A DNA stretch of 64,000 nucleotides, taken from positions 96,001 to 160,000 of the IMG/VR virus record IMGVR_UViG_3300028571_002266; one strand, 5' to 3'. Positions 7,927 through 17,326 of the stretch are shown here, one piece after another. The stretch comes from a virus. The position numbers and the translations under genes were made by a program. Position 1 is the stretch's first letter. Every line of letters starts with the position of its first letter. Under the pieces are notes generated by a model, which ran no database searches, was not told the DNA's origin, and was given only the letters and a program-made list of their open reading frames with translations.

Positions 7927-9065
7927 GTTCGGTTGCTGATTTTTTACGCAGGGCAGCGGAGCGTAATGGTTTCCATAGAGATCGTTATGAAGAGAAGAGG
8001 ATTCCAACTGACTTCACGAATGTTTGCATTTTGCCTTTTTTTGGTGATTTGAGAAGCATGACGATTTTGTCAAGTTATATTCTGCATCGATATCGTGATG
8101 AGTCAAGAGGTTCAAAATATTTTATAGTTGCTTCATGGCCCGGATTTCAGGGTTTGTTTCCATATGCTGATGAGTATTGGTCTTTGACTGATGATTCGAT
8201 TATGAAGAGGTTTTACGATCATTCTGAGGGAATGCGTAATAGTTCTGATTTGAATGTTTCGTACATGAGGAATATGAATGAGTTTTTCAGGGATGTGATT
8301 GATGCGGTTGAGATTCAGAAGTATTATCGGAATGGATTTACTAATTACTTTTTTGATAAATTTCAGGACACGAAAAGATTTTTACCTTTTATTCCGAGTT
8401 CATCAATTATTGGTAAGGAATTCAATAGAAGTTTGATAACGAAGCCGGGTTATAAGGTATTTTTACATCCATCTATTTATTGTAGGTTTTGGCATAATGG
8501 TATAAGCGACCACATGAAGGTCAAGAAAGAATTTTATATTGATTTGGTTAATTTCTTGTCCAATAAGGATGTTACTTGTGTTTTGTGGCAAAATGCATTT
8601 TCTTATGATCTTGCTGATTCTCTTGAAGAAAAGTGTGTGTTTTTGAGAGAGCAGGACGTAACAAAGGCTTTGGCAGCGATGCGTGCTTGTGGTTGTGTTC
8701 TTGACACGTTCAATGGTTTGTCGAGGTTGTCTTTGCTGGCAAGAACTCCCTTTTTGTCTATTGATGAAAGGTCGAGGTTTTCAGGAACGAAGGAATTCGA
8801 GATTGATCATTTGAGTGGCAATCAAATTCCGTATCAGTATATTTTTTCATTTTCTACTATCATAACTGATGGCGATGCTGGTTTGTGGAAGAGTGATATT
8901 TTTCCAAGTATTTATCGAAAGCTTGAGGAATTTTTACCTAGCCTAAACCGTGATGAATGGCCTTCTACTGCGGAGAGTATTGAAAATTTACCTTATGAAG
9001 ATTTTGTGCAACCGCAGAAAAAAAAGAAACTTGGCACAAGATTTATCAAGGTAGCAAAAGAATAA
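7923..9065 (+). CDS. GT-B glycosyltransferase-like protein, paralogue of the upstream gene
   Basis: Y.DEYW, ALAAMRACGCVLDTFNGLSRLSLLARTPF; GTG start with SD GGAGG, coupled to the upstream stop. Confidence 0.55.
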   Translation: MSSVADFLRRAAERNGFHRDRYEEKRIPTDFTNVCILPFFGDLRSMTILSSYILHRYRDESRGSKYFIVASWPGFQGLFPYADEYWSLTDDSIMKRFYDHSEGMRNSSDLNVSYMRNMNEFFRDVIDAVEIQKYYRNGFTNYFFDKFQDTKRFLPFIPSSSIIGKEFNRSLITKPGYKVFLHPSIYCRFWHNGISDHMKVKKEFYIDLVNFLSNKDVTCVLWQNAFSYDLADSLEEKCVFLREQDVTKALAAMRACGCVLDTFNGLSRLSLLARTPFLSIDERSRFSGTKEFEIDHLSGNQIPYQYIFSFSTIITDGDAGLWKSDIFPSIYRKLEEFLPSLNRDEWPSTAESIENLPYEDFVQPQKKKKLGTRFIKVAKE

Positions 9066-9075
9066 GGAATAAAGT

Positions 9076-9363
9076 ATGGCTTGTAAAGTTGAATTGCGTG
9101 ATCTTCCTATGAATCCAAGTTGGTATGAAAAGGAGATTGCATTCAAAAAAATGTTTACTGCTTTCAAAAAGCAGGTTGCGGAAGCTGGTATTCTGCATGA
9201 TTTTAAGAAGAGAGAGTACTATGAGACTCCCGGTCAAATTCGTCGCCGTAAGAGTCGTGAGGCGGAAAATGTGCGTTTGAAGGAAAAGCTGCGTGAGAAT
9301 TTCCCAGAAAGACGTAAGCCGAAGAAGTCTGATAACAAGAAAACAAAAGCCAAGGGTGAATAA
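9076..9363 (+). CDS. rpsU: 30S ribosomal protein bS21
   Basis: FKKQVAEAGILHDFKKREYYETPGQIRRRK, with N- and C-terminal extensions. Confidence 0.9.
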   Translation: MACKVELRDLPMNPSWYEKEIAFKKMFTAFKKQVAEAGILHDFKKREYYETPGQIRRRKSREAENVRLKEKLRENFPERRKPKKSDNKKTKAKGE

Positions 9364-9626
9364 TGCCATCTAAAAAAGGTACGATCATGAGCCTGAATGT
9401 TGATCCCAGCATTCAGGAAAAGATGAAGGCAGTTGCCAAGAGGCGAAACATTAGTGTTTCCAAGCTTGTTCGTGATTTGGTTGACAATAATCTTCCAGAT
9501 GCTGACGAGGAAGTAGATGTTGTGATCTTTAAGATTCCAACTGCCATGAGGACAACTCCTGATTCTCTTAAGCAATGGCTGCAAAATCGTATTGATGCTG
9601 TAGTAAGGGCTTTGACAACATCATGA
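9363..9626 (+). CDS. Ribbon-helix-helix DNA-binding protein
   Basis: IMSLNVD...EKMKAVAKRRNISVSKLVRDLV. Confidence 0.75.
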   Translation: MPSKKGTIMSLNVDPSIQEKMKAVAKRRNISVSKLVRDLVDNNLPDADEEVDVVIFKIPTAMRTTPDSLKQWLQNRIDAVVRALTTS

Positions 9627-10117
9627 AATTCAAAGAACCTCTGAAAATTGTTCCAGTTGCTGATATCCCTAAGGCAAAAGATGTTCCTCTTGAAAGCCTT
9701 ATGGATATATTCCGTCTTTGCACAAAGATGGAAAAAATTTGCGATGAAAATGATGGAATAGGTTTATCAGCAGTTCAAGTTGGAGTTCCATGGAATCTTT
9801 TCATTGTTAAGCGCAATCGTCATTTTGAATATTATGTCAATTGCGAGTATACAGGCCATGGAGACAAGATAAAGTCAGTTGAGGGCTGCTTGTCTCTTAG
9901 GAATGAGGATGGCACTTTTAGAAGGTTTGAGGTTGAGAGATTTTCTAAGACACGAATAAAAGGCAAGCAACTTGTTGTTTCAGGGATGCCTTCTCTTGTT
10001 TTGAATGATGTTGATCGTGAAGAGATTAATCTTTTCAGTATTGTTTTTCAGCATGAATGCGATCACAGTCGAGATGTACTCGTTTCGCAAATAGGTCGTG
10101 AGGTGGAATTGGCCTAA
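9623..10117 (+). CDS. def: Peptide deformylase
   Basis: GIGLSAVQVG, EGCLS, QHECDH. Confidence 0.93.
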   Translation: MKFKEPLKIVPVADIPKAKDVPLESLMDIFRLCTKMEKICDENDGIGLSAVQVGVPWNLFIVKRNRHFEYYVNCEYTGHGDKIKSVEGCLSLRNEDGTFRRFEVERFSKTRIKGKQLVVSGMPSLVLNDVDREEINLFSIVFQHECDHSRDVLVSQIGREVELA

Positions 10118-10144
10118 GAAATCCGTCTTCCGTTAAAGGACGGA
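10118..10144 (+). repeat. GAAA-hairpin element, copy 1
   Basis: GAAA TCCGTCTT-CCGTTAA-AGGACGGA (8 bp, 1 G.U). Confidence 0.75.
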
Positions 10145-10160
10145 GCTAAGGGAATGAATT

Positions 10161-10439
10161 ATGTTAAGTCTCAAACAATTAGAAGATGTGTGTCTGAATT
10201 CAGATGCGACTTCTCAAAAATGTCGATATATTTGTCAAGATGAAGTTGACAAAAATAAGTTTTACTGCTTAAAACTTTCTGCTAAAGCTAGCAAAATAGA
10301 TAATGAAATTGAAAATTATATCAAAGTAATTAGCTTAAAAGGCAGAGATCCTTCTGATGAAAATTTACCATTAGGGGACAATTGTTCTGGTTATCCTTTT
10401 CTTAGGCATATCGAACAAGGTTACGACAAGAAAAATTAG
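10161..10439 (+). CDS. hypothetical Cys-containing protein
   Basis: 92-aa ORF, SD AAGGG. Confidence 0.7.
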   Translation: MLSLKQLEDVCLNSDATSQKCRYICQDEVDKNKFYCLKLSAKASKIDNEIENYIKVISLKGRDPSDENLPLGDNCSGYPFLRHIEQGYDKKN

Positions 10440-10936
10440 AGACTTTCTAGTCTCTCTCTGATTATCTGGTAGATATCCTTTCCTTTGTTTTCTTCAACAG
10501 CAGAGGAAAGGATATTTGCTTCTAGCTCATTACTGTTAAATCTTGCTATCTCTCTTACCATTAGTTCGTTCGTCTTTTCGCTGCTTATAGCTCTGTTTCG
10601 ATAGTAGAACAATAGCATTGCTATGACAACTAATGCGAAGATGAAGATTAGTGCTCCATCGCCTTGGATTATTTGAACTCCTGTGTTTTCGTTTCGTGAA
10701 ATTGCGCCGTTTATGTTGACTAGGCCGCTTTGTATTTCTTTCAGAAGACTATTTTGGGCTGATAGATCTTGCCTAGTCTTCATGAGTTCGGCCATTACCC
10801 CATTTTGGTTTGTGCGTATATCCTCTATTTTACCATTTTGATTTTGTATTTTGGGGTTGTTTCTTGGGTTGAAGTTTGCACATCCTACCAAGTTTAACAA
10901 GGTTGCGGCTGCAATAATCAACAAAAATTTGTACAT
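10436..10936 (-). CDS. Lipoprotein with coiled coil and an internal TM helix (spanin-like topology)
   Basis: SD GGAGG; MYKFLLIIAAATLLNLVG/C lipobox; TM ALIFIFALVVIAMLLFYY-RNR. Confidence 0.7.
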   Translation of the reverse strand: MYKFLLIIAAATLLNLVGCANFNPRNNPKIQNQNGKIEDIRTNQNGVMAELMKTRQDLSAQNSLLKEIQSGLVNINGAISRNENTGVQIIQGDGALIFIFALVVIAMLLFYYRNRAISSEKTNELMVREIARFNSNELEANILSSAVEENKGKDIYQIIRERLESL

Positions 10937-10955
10937 ACATCCTCCACAATATGTA

Positions 10956-10984
10956 TTTACAAGTGGGGAATTTCTTTGTACACT
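10956..10984 (+). promoter_or_regulatory. sigma70-type promoter
   Basis: TTTACA, 17 bp, TACACT; 7 nt before hairpin copy 2. Confidence 0.6.
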
Positions 10985-10991
10985 ATGCTGA

Positions 10992-11014
10992 GAAATCCGT
11001 TTCATGTTGACGGA
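10992..11014 (+). repeat. GAAA-hairpin element, copy 2
   Basis: GAAA TCCGTT-TCATGTT-GACGGA. Confidence 0.8.
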
Positions 11015-11039
11015 TGATCAACCCGCTGGAGGATTTGGC

Positions 11040-11450
11040 GTGGCTCAAGGCAAGGATGTTTTTTTCTTTGGTGATGAATTTGATGATGAAAATTCATCAA
11101 GTGAAAGCGCACAGATTGCAAATGAATTTAAGCAGAATGCTAATTCATTAGTTGTACATCATTTGTCAAATTACTTCAAGGACAAGATGTTGCACACAGG
11201 AGGAAATGTTCCTGATCAATTACTAAATAGTCATAAAAGAATATCTATGGTTTTGAACTACACTGTTTCTAATGGTGTAGATCATGCTCATGAAAGACTA
11301 GAATTTTCTGAGGGGAGAAACAATGATGATGAGAATTCAGAGCTTATCGTCACTGTTCTTCATGGAATAGCCAAAAGTGGTGTTCCGAAGGAATTTGCTG
11401 GTGGTATGCTTTGTCTGCACTTGGAATTAATAGAAGGGATAGATTTTTGA
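11040..11450 (+). CDS. hypothetical acidic protein
   Basis: GTG start 7 nt after GGAGG. Confidence 0.65.
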   Translation: MAQGKDVFFFGDEFDDENSSSESAQIANEFKQNANSLVVHHLSNYFKDKMLHTGGNVPDQLLNSHKRISMVLNYTVSNGVDHAHERLEFSEGRNNDDENSELIVTVLHGIAKSGVPKEFAGGMLCLHLELIEGIDF

Positions 11451-11761
11451 ATCTTGATTTATTATTGTTGTCAAGGCAATTTGAGACTGTCGAATTGCCG
11501 AAGGAAAAGAAATACCTCCTGAGATATTTTGAAAATCCAGTTCAGGAGGCTTTTCTTAAATATTTCTTTGTATTTGGTAATTATGTTAATTTTTGTGACC
11601 ACACTGGTCATTTCGTGCAGAAAAAATGGTTAAAACATCTGCATGAAAAATTAAAAACAATTGAAAAAGCCCACAAAGATGCCAGATCTAACTTTGACAT
11701 GGCTGGACTTGTTGAAATTGAAAAAGGTGAATTCAAATTCAGTCGTCATCTTCCTAAATAG
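11447..11761 (+). CDS. hypothetical protein
   Basis: TTG start coupled to the upstream stop. Confidence 0.65.
   Translation: MNLDLLLLSRQFETVELPKEKKYLLRYFENPVQEAFLKYFFVFGNYVNFCDHTGHFVQKKWLKHLHEKLKTIEKAHKDARSNFDMAGLVEIEKGEFKFSRHLPK
11755..11760 (+). promoter_or_regulatory. Putative late promoter TAAATA (also at 12927, 17887 minus, 22601, 23750, 24561, 25819 and 50985, each 4-6 nt before an ATG)
   Basis: Recurrent hexamer at fixed distance from start codons; core of the T4 late promoter TATAAATA. Confidence 0.65.
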
Positions 11762-11764
11762 TGT

Positions 11765-12007
11765 ATGGCACTAATATCATTCGGCGATTGGCGTAAAAAA
11801 TTTGATGAAGCAAGCCCTACTACAAGATTAAGGGCTGGAATTGAGGCGGGTAATTATCCCATGTCTGCTGGGGTGGCTATGTCTCGATCCACACCAAGCC
11901 CATCTTTTGTAAAGAAGGCAATTGAAGAATTAGGATCACCTGAACATCCTAAAAGGAAAAATAAGACTAAAAAGAAACGTAGGAATTCCAAGAAAAGGGA
12001 AAAATGA
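11765..12007 (+). CDS. Small basic protein, possible internal head protein
   Basis: MALISFGDW..FDEA N-terminus, K/R-rich tail. Confidence 0.7.
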   Translation: MALISFGDWRKKFDEASPTTRLRAGIEAGNYPMSAGVAMSRSTPSPSFVKKAIEELGSPEHPKRKNKTKKKRRNSKKREK

Positions 12008-12402
12008 TTTTTTTCAATGAATGGATGCAGGAAAGATTCGATGAGGCTAAAAAGTCTCGTCGCACCCCTGTTCCTCATTCTGATGTTGAAAAATGGATGC
12101 GTTCTTTAGAGCTTCTCAAGAAAGATCTTGAGGAATTGCAGAAAGCCAAGAAGAATGCTGCCCAAAGATTTGCTAGAGAAGCAAAAATCAAGAAGGAAAA
12201 AGAAAAGAAGGCTAAAGATGCCAAGAAGTTAAAAAAGAAAAAAGATTCAGAAATAGATAAAAAATCTGAAAAAGAACCTGAAGTTGAGAAGAAAGATAAA
12301 AAACCTGAAGTCAAAAAATATGATTCCAAGAAAAATGTTGTATCTGATAAGTTCAGACAGATTAAGAGTCAAAGGCGTAAAAATAATAAGCCTAGAGACT
12401 AA
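12004..12402 (+). CDS. Lys-rich protein, possible internal head protein
   Basis: MIFFNEWMQERFDEA N-terminus, highly charged. Confidence 0.7.
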   Translation: MIFFNEWMQERFDEAKKSRRTPVPHSDVEKWMRSLELLKKDLEELQKAKKNAAQRFAREAKIKKEKEKKAKDAKKLKKKKDSEIDKKSEKEPEVEKKDKKPEVKKYDSKKNVVSDKFRQIKSQRRKNNKPRD

Positions 12403-12452
12403 TTATTTTTAAGTTGGCAGTCTCCACTATAATTAAATAGCGGAGATAGATC

Positions 12453-12899
12453 ATGAGTACTGAAAATATTTGCAACGATGATTCCTTAGATCAATCTAAG
12501 GCAAAAAATGCCAGAGATGTTCTGAAAGGCATTATTGTTTCAGAATCAAATCTTGAAACATATTTAATTGCAGTAGCTGTTCATAAAGATTCATCCAAGA
12601 ATTTTATCAATAGAATAAGTTGTAAGAAGGGCATACCTCTTGATGGATATGTTTATGATGCTCAATCAGACAGTTATTTCATAGAATGCACTGATTTTTT
12701 GCATGTAGGGGTAATTCCTGTTTCTTTTGTTGCTACTGCTAAAGATTCTTATTTTTGGAAAATGAATATACCTTTGCCTGAAGCTGTCATTAAAAAGTAT
12801 TTGACTGAGATCCAAAAGAAGGATTTGAAAAACTTTAAGAGTCATTTTAGCTCTCAAGATTACATGATTAATTATGTTCAAATGGTTAATCCAAACTGA
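12453..12899 (+). CDS. hypothetical protein
   Basis: SD GGAG, 148 aa. Confidence 0.7.
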   Translation: MSTENICNDDSLDQSKAKNARDVLKGIIVSESNLETYLIAVAVHKDSSKNFINRISCKKGIPLDGYVYDAQSDSYFIECTDFLHVGVIPVSFVATAKDSYFWKMNIPLPEAVIKKYLTEIQKKDLKNFKSHFSSQDYMINYVQMVNPN

Positions 12900-12937
12900 A
12901 TTCATGTTTTTCTGGTTCTTCTGCCATAAATAATTTC

Positions 12938-13765
12938 ATGGCATGCTCATCTACTGGAATAGGCTGTACTACTACAACTGCAAAAAGTTGTCCTGACGAA
13001 TATGGATGCGTTAGCGGCGTATGTGCCGATTTCATCATTCGTAGGCATGATACTAAACCATCTTTCAAGGTTAAGATCGAAGATTGCGATGGACCTCTTG
13101 ATCTTACAGATCTTGTTCTTGAGGCCACAATGTGGGCCAAGGGGAAGCTTAAGGTTTCTCTTGATCAGAATGATTCAGTTATTGGTTTGGCTGATAATAT
13201 TGGCTTTAATCAAGTAATGCAGGGCGATGTGATTATCATGGATCAGGCTAGATTGCCTGAGAAGATGCTTGTTGTTGGATTTGATGAAGTAAATCGCCTC
13301 ATTCGTGTCCAGAGAGGTTATCATGGAACCCCAGTGCAAAACTGGAGACGTGGCACAGGATTGAAAATCATTAAGTTTTCTAACGCAACTGCTACAACTG
13401 AAATGTTGTATCAGGACATCATTAACATTGATGGAACAACGACTAAGGATGTTTTAGTCGATAGTTTTTTAATTTATGATTGGCAGAGTGAAGACACATG
13501 TCTTCCGGGTTGTTATTATTTGGAATTTAAGCTTTTGAAAATGGTGGTTTCTTTTGCTCTTGCTTATGATTCTTCTGTCCCAAGCAATCAAATTCCTAGT
13601 AATCTTTTGCCTGATGGAGTTATTCCGAGTTTTACTGATCCAAGTTTTATACCTTCCGATTTTGGTTGTTCTATGAATCCACTTGTTGAATGGATAAGAA
13701 GGTTTCCTATTGATAAAGAAGGCTTTATAATTAAAATAACGAATACTTTTACGGCTGATGATTGA
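12938..13765 (+). CDS. Putative virion structural protein (BppU-like Ig domain)
   Basis: FIIRRHDTKPSFKVKIED.DGPLDLT...YDWQ.EDT..PG.YYLEF; TAAATA upstream. Confidence 0.6.
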   Translation: MACSSTGIGCTTTTAKSCPDEYGCVSGVCADFIIRRHDTKPSFKVKIEDCDGPLDLTDLVLEATMWAKGKLKVSLDQNDSVIGLADNIGFNQVMQGDVIIMDQARLPEKMLVVGFDEVNRLIRVQRGYHGTPVQNWRRGTGLKIIKFSNATATTEMLYQDIINIDGTTTKDVLVDSFLIYDWQSEDTCLPGCYYLEFKLLKMVVSFALAYDSSVPSNQIPSNLLPDGVIPSFTDPSFIPSDFGCSMNPLVEWIRRFPIDKEGFIIKITNTFTADD

Positions 13766-13790
13766 CATCATAGAATTTAAGTCGTATTTT
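13762..13790 (+). promoter_or_regulatory. sigma70-type promoter of infC
   Basis: TTGACA, 17 bp, TATTTT. Confidence 0.5.
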
Positions 13791-13831
13791 TGTATAGGGT
13801 CTTTTTTATGTTGGAGCATGGATTTCACAAG

Positions 13832-14377
13832 ATGCAGCAAAACAAATTTCCTAGAGAGCGAAGCGAAGATCAAAACAGAGTTAACTGGCAGATAAGAGTG
13901 CCACAAGTTAGGGTTGTTCGTGAAGAAGAGCAACTTGGCATTATGGCTACTGATGAGGCAAGAAAACTTGCCATGGACAATGGTCTTGATCTAGTAGAGA
14001 TCGCTCCTACTGCGAAGCCTCCTGTTTGTAGGATTATGGATTATGGTCGTTATAAATACGAACTGAAAATCAAGAAAAAAGAAGCTGCAAAGAAGCAGCG
14101 TGAGTCACAAGTCCAGATAAAGGAAATTAGACTTCGTCCTGCTATTCAAGATCATGATATTGAAACAAAAATTAATCAGGCGAAGAATTTTCTTGAAGAA
14201 GGTTGTAAGGTTCAATTTTACCTTCAATTCAAGGGTTACCGTGAATTGAATCATAAAGAGCAGGGTTTCGCTGTTATGAAAAAAATTGTTGAAACAATGG
14301 AGCAATTTGGAGTCGTAGAGAAAAGACCTGCGATGGAAGGCAATCGAATTACATGCTTTTTTACTCCCAAAGTATAG
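13832..14377 (+). CDS. infC: Translation initiation factor IF3
   Basis: RVNWQIR..QVRVV, GLDLVEIAPTAKPPVCRIMDYGRYKYE, KEIRLRP.I..HD; exact start uncertain. Confidence 0.95.
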   Translation: MQQNKFPRERSEDQNRVNWQIRVPQVRVVREEEQLGIMATDEARKLAMDNGLDLVEIAPTAKPPVCRIMDYGRYKYELKIKKKEAAKKQRESQVQIKEIRLRPAIQDHDIETKINQAKNFLEEGCKVQFYLQFKGYRELNHKEQGFAVMKKIVETMEQFGVVEKRPAMEGNRITCFFTPKV

Positions 14378-14388
14378 TGGGAAACATC

Positions 14389-15597
14389 ATGATTGATAAT
14401 GTTTTGGCCAAAAAGGTCAACGATGTTCAGAATGAATTCAATCGTCGATTATATCATCATGTTCAACTAAGAGATAATTCATCAGGTCCTCCTCTTTTTT
14501 TTAGAATGATTCATGATTCCAATCAGGATCTTCTTGAATTTGCATTTGGTCATTTTGGTAAGAATCTTGGTGATTTGACTCATGTCCTAGACATGACTCA
14601 TCCAGACCTTGTAACCATATTTGATGGTAGTTTTTCAGACGAGCATATTTTTTCAAAGCAATGTATAGAATTTTTGGCGATGGCACAATATGCTAAAAAC
14701 AATGGAATGAGTCATATTTTCCCGTTATTGGGAAATCTTTTGATCAAAGAATCATTAGATAAAACTATTGTCAAAAAGATTGATGGTGCAAATTACAATA
14801 AATCTTATGTTCGTCTTATTCTCGATTCAGAAGAGAGAGATGCAATAAGATTTTGCAAGAAAATGCAAGTTATTGATCTTCAGGCCTTTTATAAAAAAGG
14901 CGAAGAATCATGGAATGCACAGCCAGATTCTTTTAAGCAATTTATCAGATATGATTCTGCATATATGCGTGAATTAAAGCAAGCTGAAAAGAAAATGAAG
15001 AGATATGAGGATTTGGGTTGTCAAAGTCTTGCTTCTGAAATTTCTAAGAGTATTGAAGTTTTCCGTGAAAACATGGAACAGGCATATTATGGATTCAATC
15101 GCATTACAATGACTAATGCTGCTATTATTTTAGCAAAATCAATGTCTTACAACTATAGTCCTTCCTGCCAGATTTCTGCTGGTGGGCATATAATGAAAAT
15201 TGAAGCTCAGGTTACAATAAATCGTTCATTCTTCAAAGATATTTATTTTGATTCTTCCCTTGTAGTTGACGCAACTTATCATTATGAGCCAAAAGTATAT
15301 CCTTTCCATGAACTTAAAGATGTGGCTTCGGATGAAGTTCTCCAAACGATAAAAATGCTTGAAAACTTCCCAGAAGCAAACAATAAACCAATATTCGATC
15401 ATTTTGGCGTTATTGTGCCTTCAATAGCTTATAGGAATAAAATGTTTAAGAATGAGAAAGGTATATTGCAGGATTATGCCGTTTTAGAAGATTGTCAAAA
15501 AGAAATGGACAAAATGTTCATCAGGAATAAATGTTTTTATCCGATAATTGTTGGCGAGAAAGATGGAAAATGCTTTTTTATATGTTATTGGACTTGA
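14389..15597 (+). CDS. hypothetical protein
   Basis: ~400-aa ORF; C-terminus YPIIVGEKDGKCFFICYW. Confidence 0.8.
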   Translation: MIDNVLAKKVNDVQNEFNRRLYHHVQLRDNSSGPPLFFRMIHDSNQDLLEFAFGHFGKNLGDLTHVLDMTHPDLVTIFDGSFSDEHIFSKQCIEFLAMAQYAKNNGMSHIFPLLGNLLIKESLDKTIVKKIDGANYNKSYVRLILDSEERDAIRFCKKMQVIDLQAFYKKGEESWNAQPDSFKQFIRYDSAYMRELKQAEKKMKRYEDLGCQSLASEISKSIEVFRENMEQAYYGFNRITMTNAAIILAKSMSYNYSPSCQISAGGHIMKIEAQVTINRSFFKDIYFDSSLVVDATYHYEPKVYPFHELKDVASDEVLQTIKMLENFPEANNKPIFDHFGVIVPSIAYRNKMFKNEKGILQDYAVLEDCQKEMDKMFIRNKCFYPIIVGEKDGKCFFICYWT

Positions 15598-15606
15598 GGT
15601 TGCGTA

Positions 15607-15858
15607 ATGATTTATAATTTAACGAAGGAAGAACTTCTGGAATTTGCACATGTGATTTACGAGCAATCTGTGAATGGTTATTTAGATCTGAAAGAAAGTA
15701 CTTGTCACAAGTTGCTAGTAAATTTTTTAGCAAACAAAAAAACTTCTATTCCAGATACTAATGTAAACATGAGTACTAATTTTGTGGATACAAATCAGAT
15801 TTTTAATTCTGATGTTTTCACGGTAACAGAAAGTTTCATCATCAGTCAAACTCAATGA
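15607..15858 (+). CDS. hypothetical protein
   Basis: SD GAGG. Confidence 0.65.
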   Translation: MIYNLTKEELLEFAHVIYEQSVNGYLDLKESTCHKLLVNFLANKKTSIPDTNVNMSTNFVDTNQIFNSDVFTVTESFIISQTQ

Positions 15859-15882
15859 GTTTGTAAATTTACGGGGATAATT

Positions 15883-16254
15883 ATGTCGAAGAGTAAGATT
15901 CTCACTCCTATGGGTTCAGTTTATGATTCTACTATTATTGGTGGTGGATCAAAAGTTCCTAAAATCAAATCTGTCAAGCCAACTGGTTCGCAGGTTCTAA
16001 TTGAATTCTTGACATCTCAGGAAATGCTTGGGACAAGTCTAGCTGTCAATGAAAAAACAGATTTGAAAGTTCCTTTGCAAGGCTATGTTCGCTCTGTAGG
16101 CCCTAACTTCAAATCATCAGATTATGGGTTTAATATAGGCGACAGAGTCACTGTTTCAGGTCCCGGTATTCATGTTCCTAATTGGGACAATATTCACCGT
16201 GATCGCTTCCTTATGGAACCTTCTTCAATTAAAGGCGTGATCATAGAAGAATGA
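15883..16254 (+). CDS. groES: GroES-like co-chaperonin
   Basis: VKPTGSQVLIE...QGYVRSVGP...IGDRV...LMEPSSIKGVI. Confidence 0.75.
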   Translation: MSKSKILTPMGSVYDSTIIGGGSKVPKIKSVKPTGSQVLIEFLTSQEMLGTSLAVNEKTDLKVPLQGYVRSVGPNFKSSDYGFNIGDRVTVSGPGIHVPNWDNIHRDRFLMEPSSIKGVIIEE

Positions 16255-17306
16255 AAGACTACTATGTCGTTCTAGGTATTCCTAGAAATGCATCTAAAGA
16301 AGATATTGTTAGGGCATACCGCAAGGGTGCCCAAACACATCATCCTGACCGTAATCCCGGCGACTCAGAAGCCGAAAAGAGATTTCGTGAAATTCAGGAA
16401 GCGTATGAGATATTAAACGATCCAGAAAAACGTGCTGAATATGACAGTGGAGGCCACTCCATGCATTTCAGGATGCGTGGATTTGAGGGTAATCCTTTCA
16501 GTGGTTCATTTGGTGATATTTTCCAGAATAGTTCTTATCGTGGAAGAAATCTAACAGTAAGATTAGAAATTGATTTATCAGAAGCTTATAACGGTTGTAA
16601 CAAAGAAATAATTATAAAAGTTAAAAATACATGCACGACATGTAAGGGTCAAGGCCAGATAAGTAATGAATCATGTGCTAATTGTAATGGTCAAGGATTC
16701 ACTAAAGTAAATAATGCTCCTTTTGAATTCAGAACAAATTGTCCAATTTGTAATGGTTTGGGAAAGATAAATCCAATCACATGCGTTGATTGCAGTGGTT
16801 CTGGAATGCTTTCTGGATATAAGGAAAAAAAGATACAGGTTCAAATTCCATGTGGAGTTGACAGTGGAATTAATCTGAGAATGCCCGGTCAAGGAGAGGA
16901 ATCAATCAGGGGAGGAAATCCCGGTGATTTAATTATTCATGTCTTGGTTAAAGAACATGAATATTTTCAAAGAGAAGGAATAGATCTTCTTGTTGATGTC
17001 CCTCTTTCCTTTTCCCAGTTGACATTTGGCTGTGAAGTCGAAATACCTACAATTTGCGACGAGACGCTTACTTGTAAAATTCCATTGGGAACACAAAGCC
17101 ACGCCAAGTTTAAGCTTGGAGGCAAAGGAATGAAACTTCCAAATGGTGTTTATGGTGATATGATTGTTACTGTAAAAGTTGAGATACCAAAAGGAATAAC
17201 AGGTGAATATAAAGAAGCAATTTTGAAACTACAGGATTTTGAAAAAAATAACTTTGGATCTAGAAGACAAAGATGGCAAAAAATTGTAGGCAAAAAAGAT
17301 AAATAA
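16251..17306 (+). CDS. dnaJ: Chaperone DnaJ
   Basis: DYY.VLG, HPD, four CxxCxGxG, GDL..HV, F.R.G.DL. Confidence 0.95.
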   Translation: MKDYYVVLGIPRNASKEDIVRAYRKGAQTHHPDRNPGDSEAEKRFREIQEAYEILNDPEKRAEYDSGGHSMHFRMRGFEGNPFSGSFGDIFQNSSYRGRNLTVRLEIDLSEAYNGCNKEIIIKVKNTCTTCKGQGQISNESCANCNGQGFTKVNNAPFEFRTNCPICNGLGKINPITCVDCSGSGMLSGYKEKKIQVQIPCGVDSGINLRMPGQGEESIRGGNPGDLIIHVLVKEHEYFQREGIDLLVDVPLSFSQLTFGCEVEIPTICDETLTCKIPLGTQSHAKFKLGGKGMKLPNGVYGDMIVTVKVEIPKGITGEYKEAILKLQDFEKNNFGSRRQRWQKIVGKKDK

Positions 17307-17326
17307 AAGTTAACTAGGAGAAGAAA

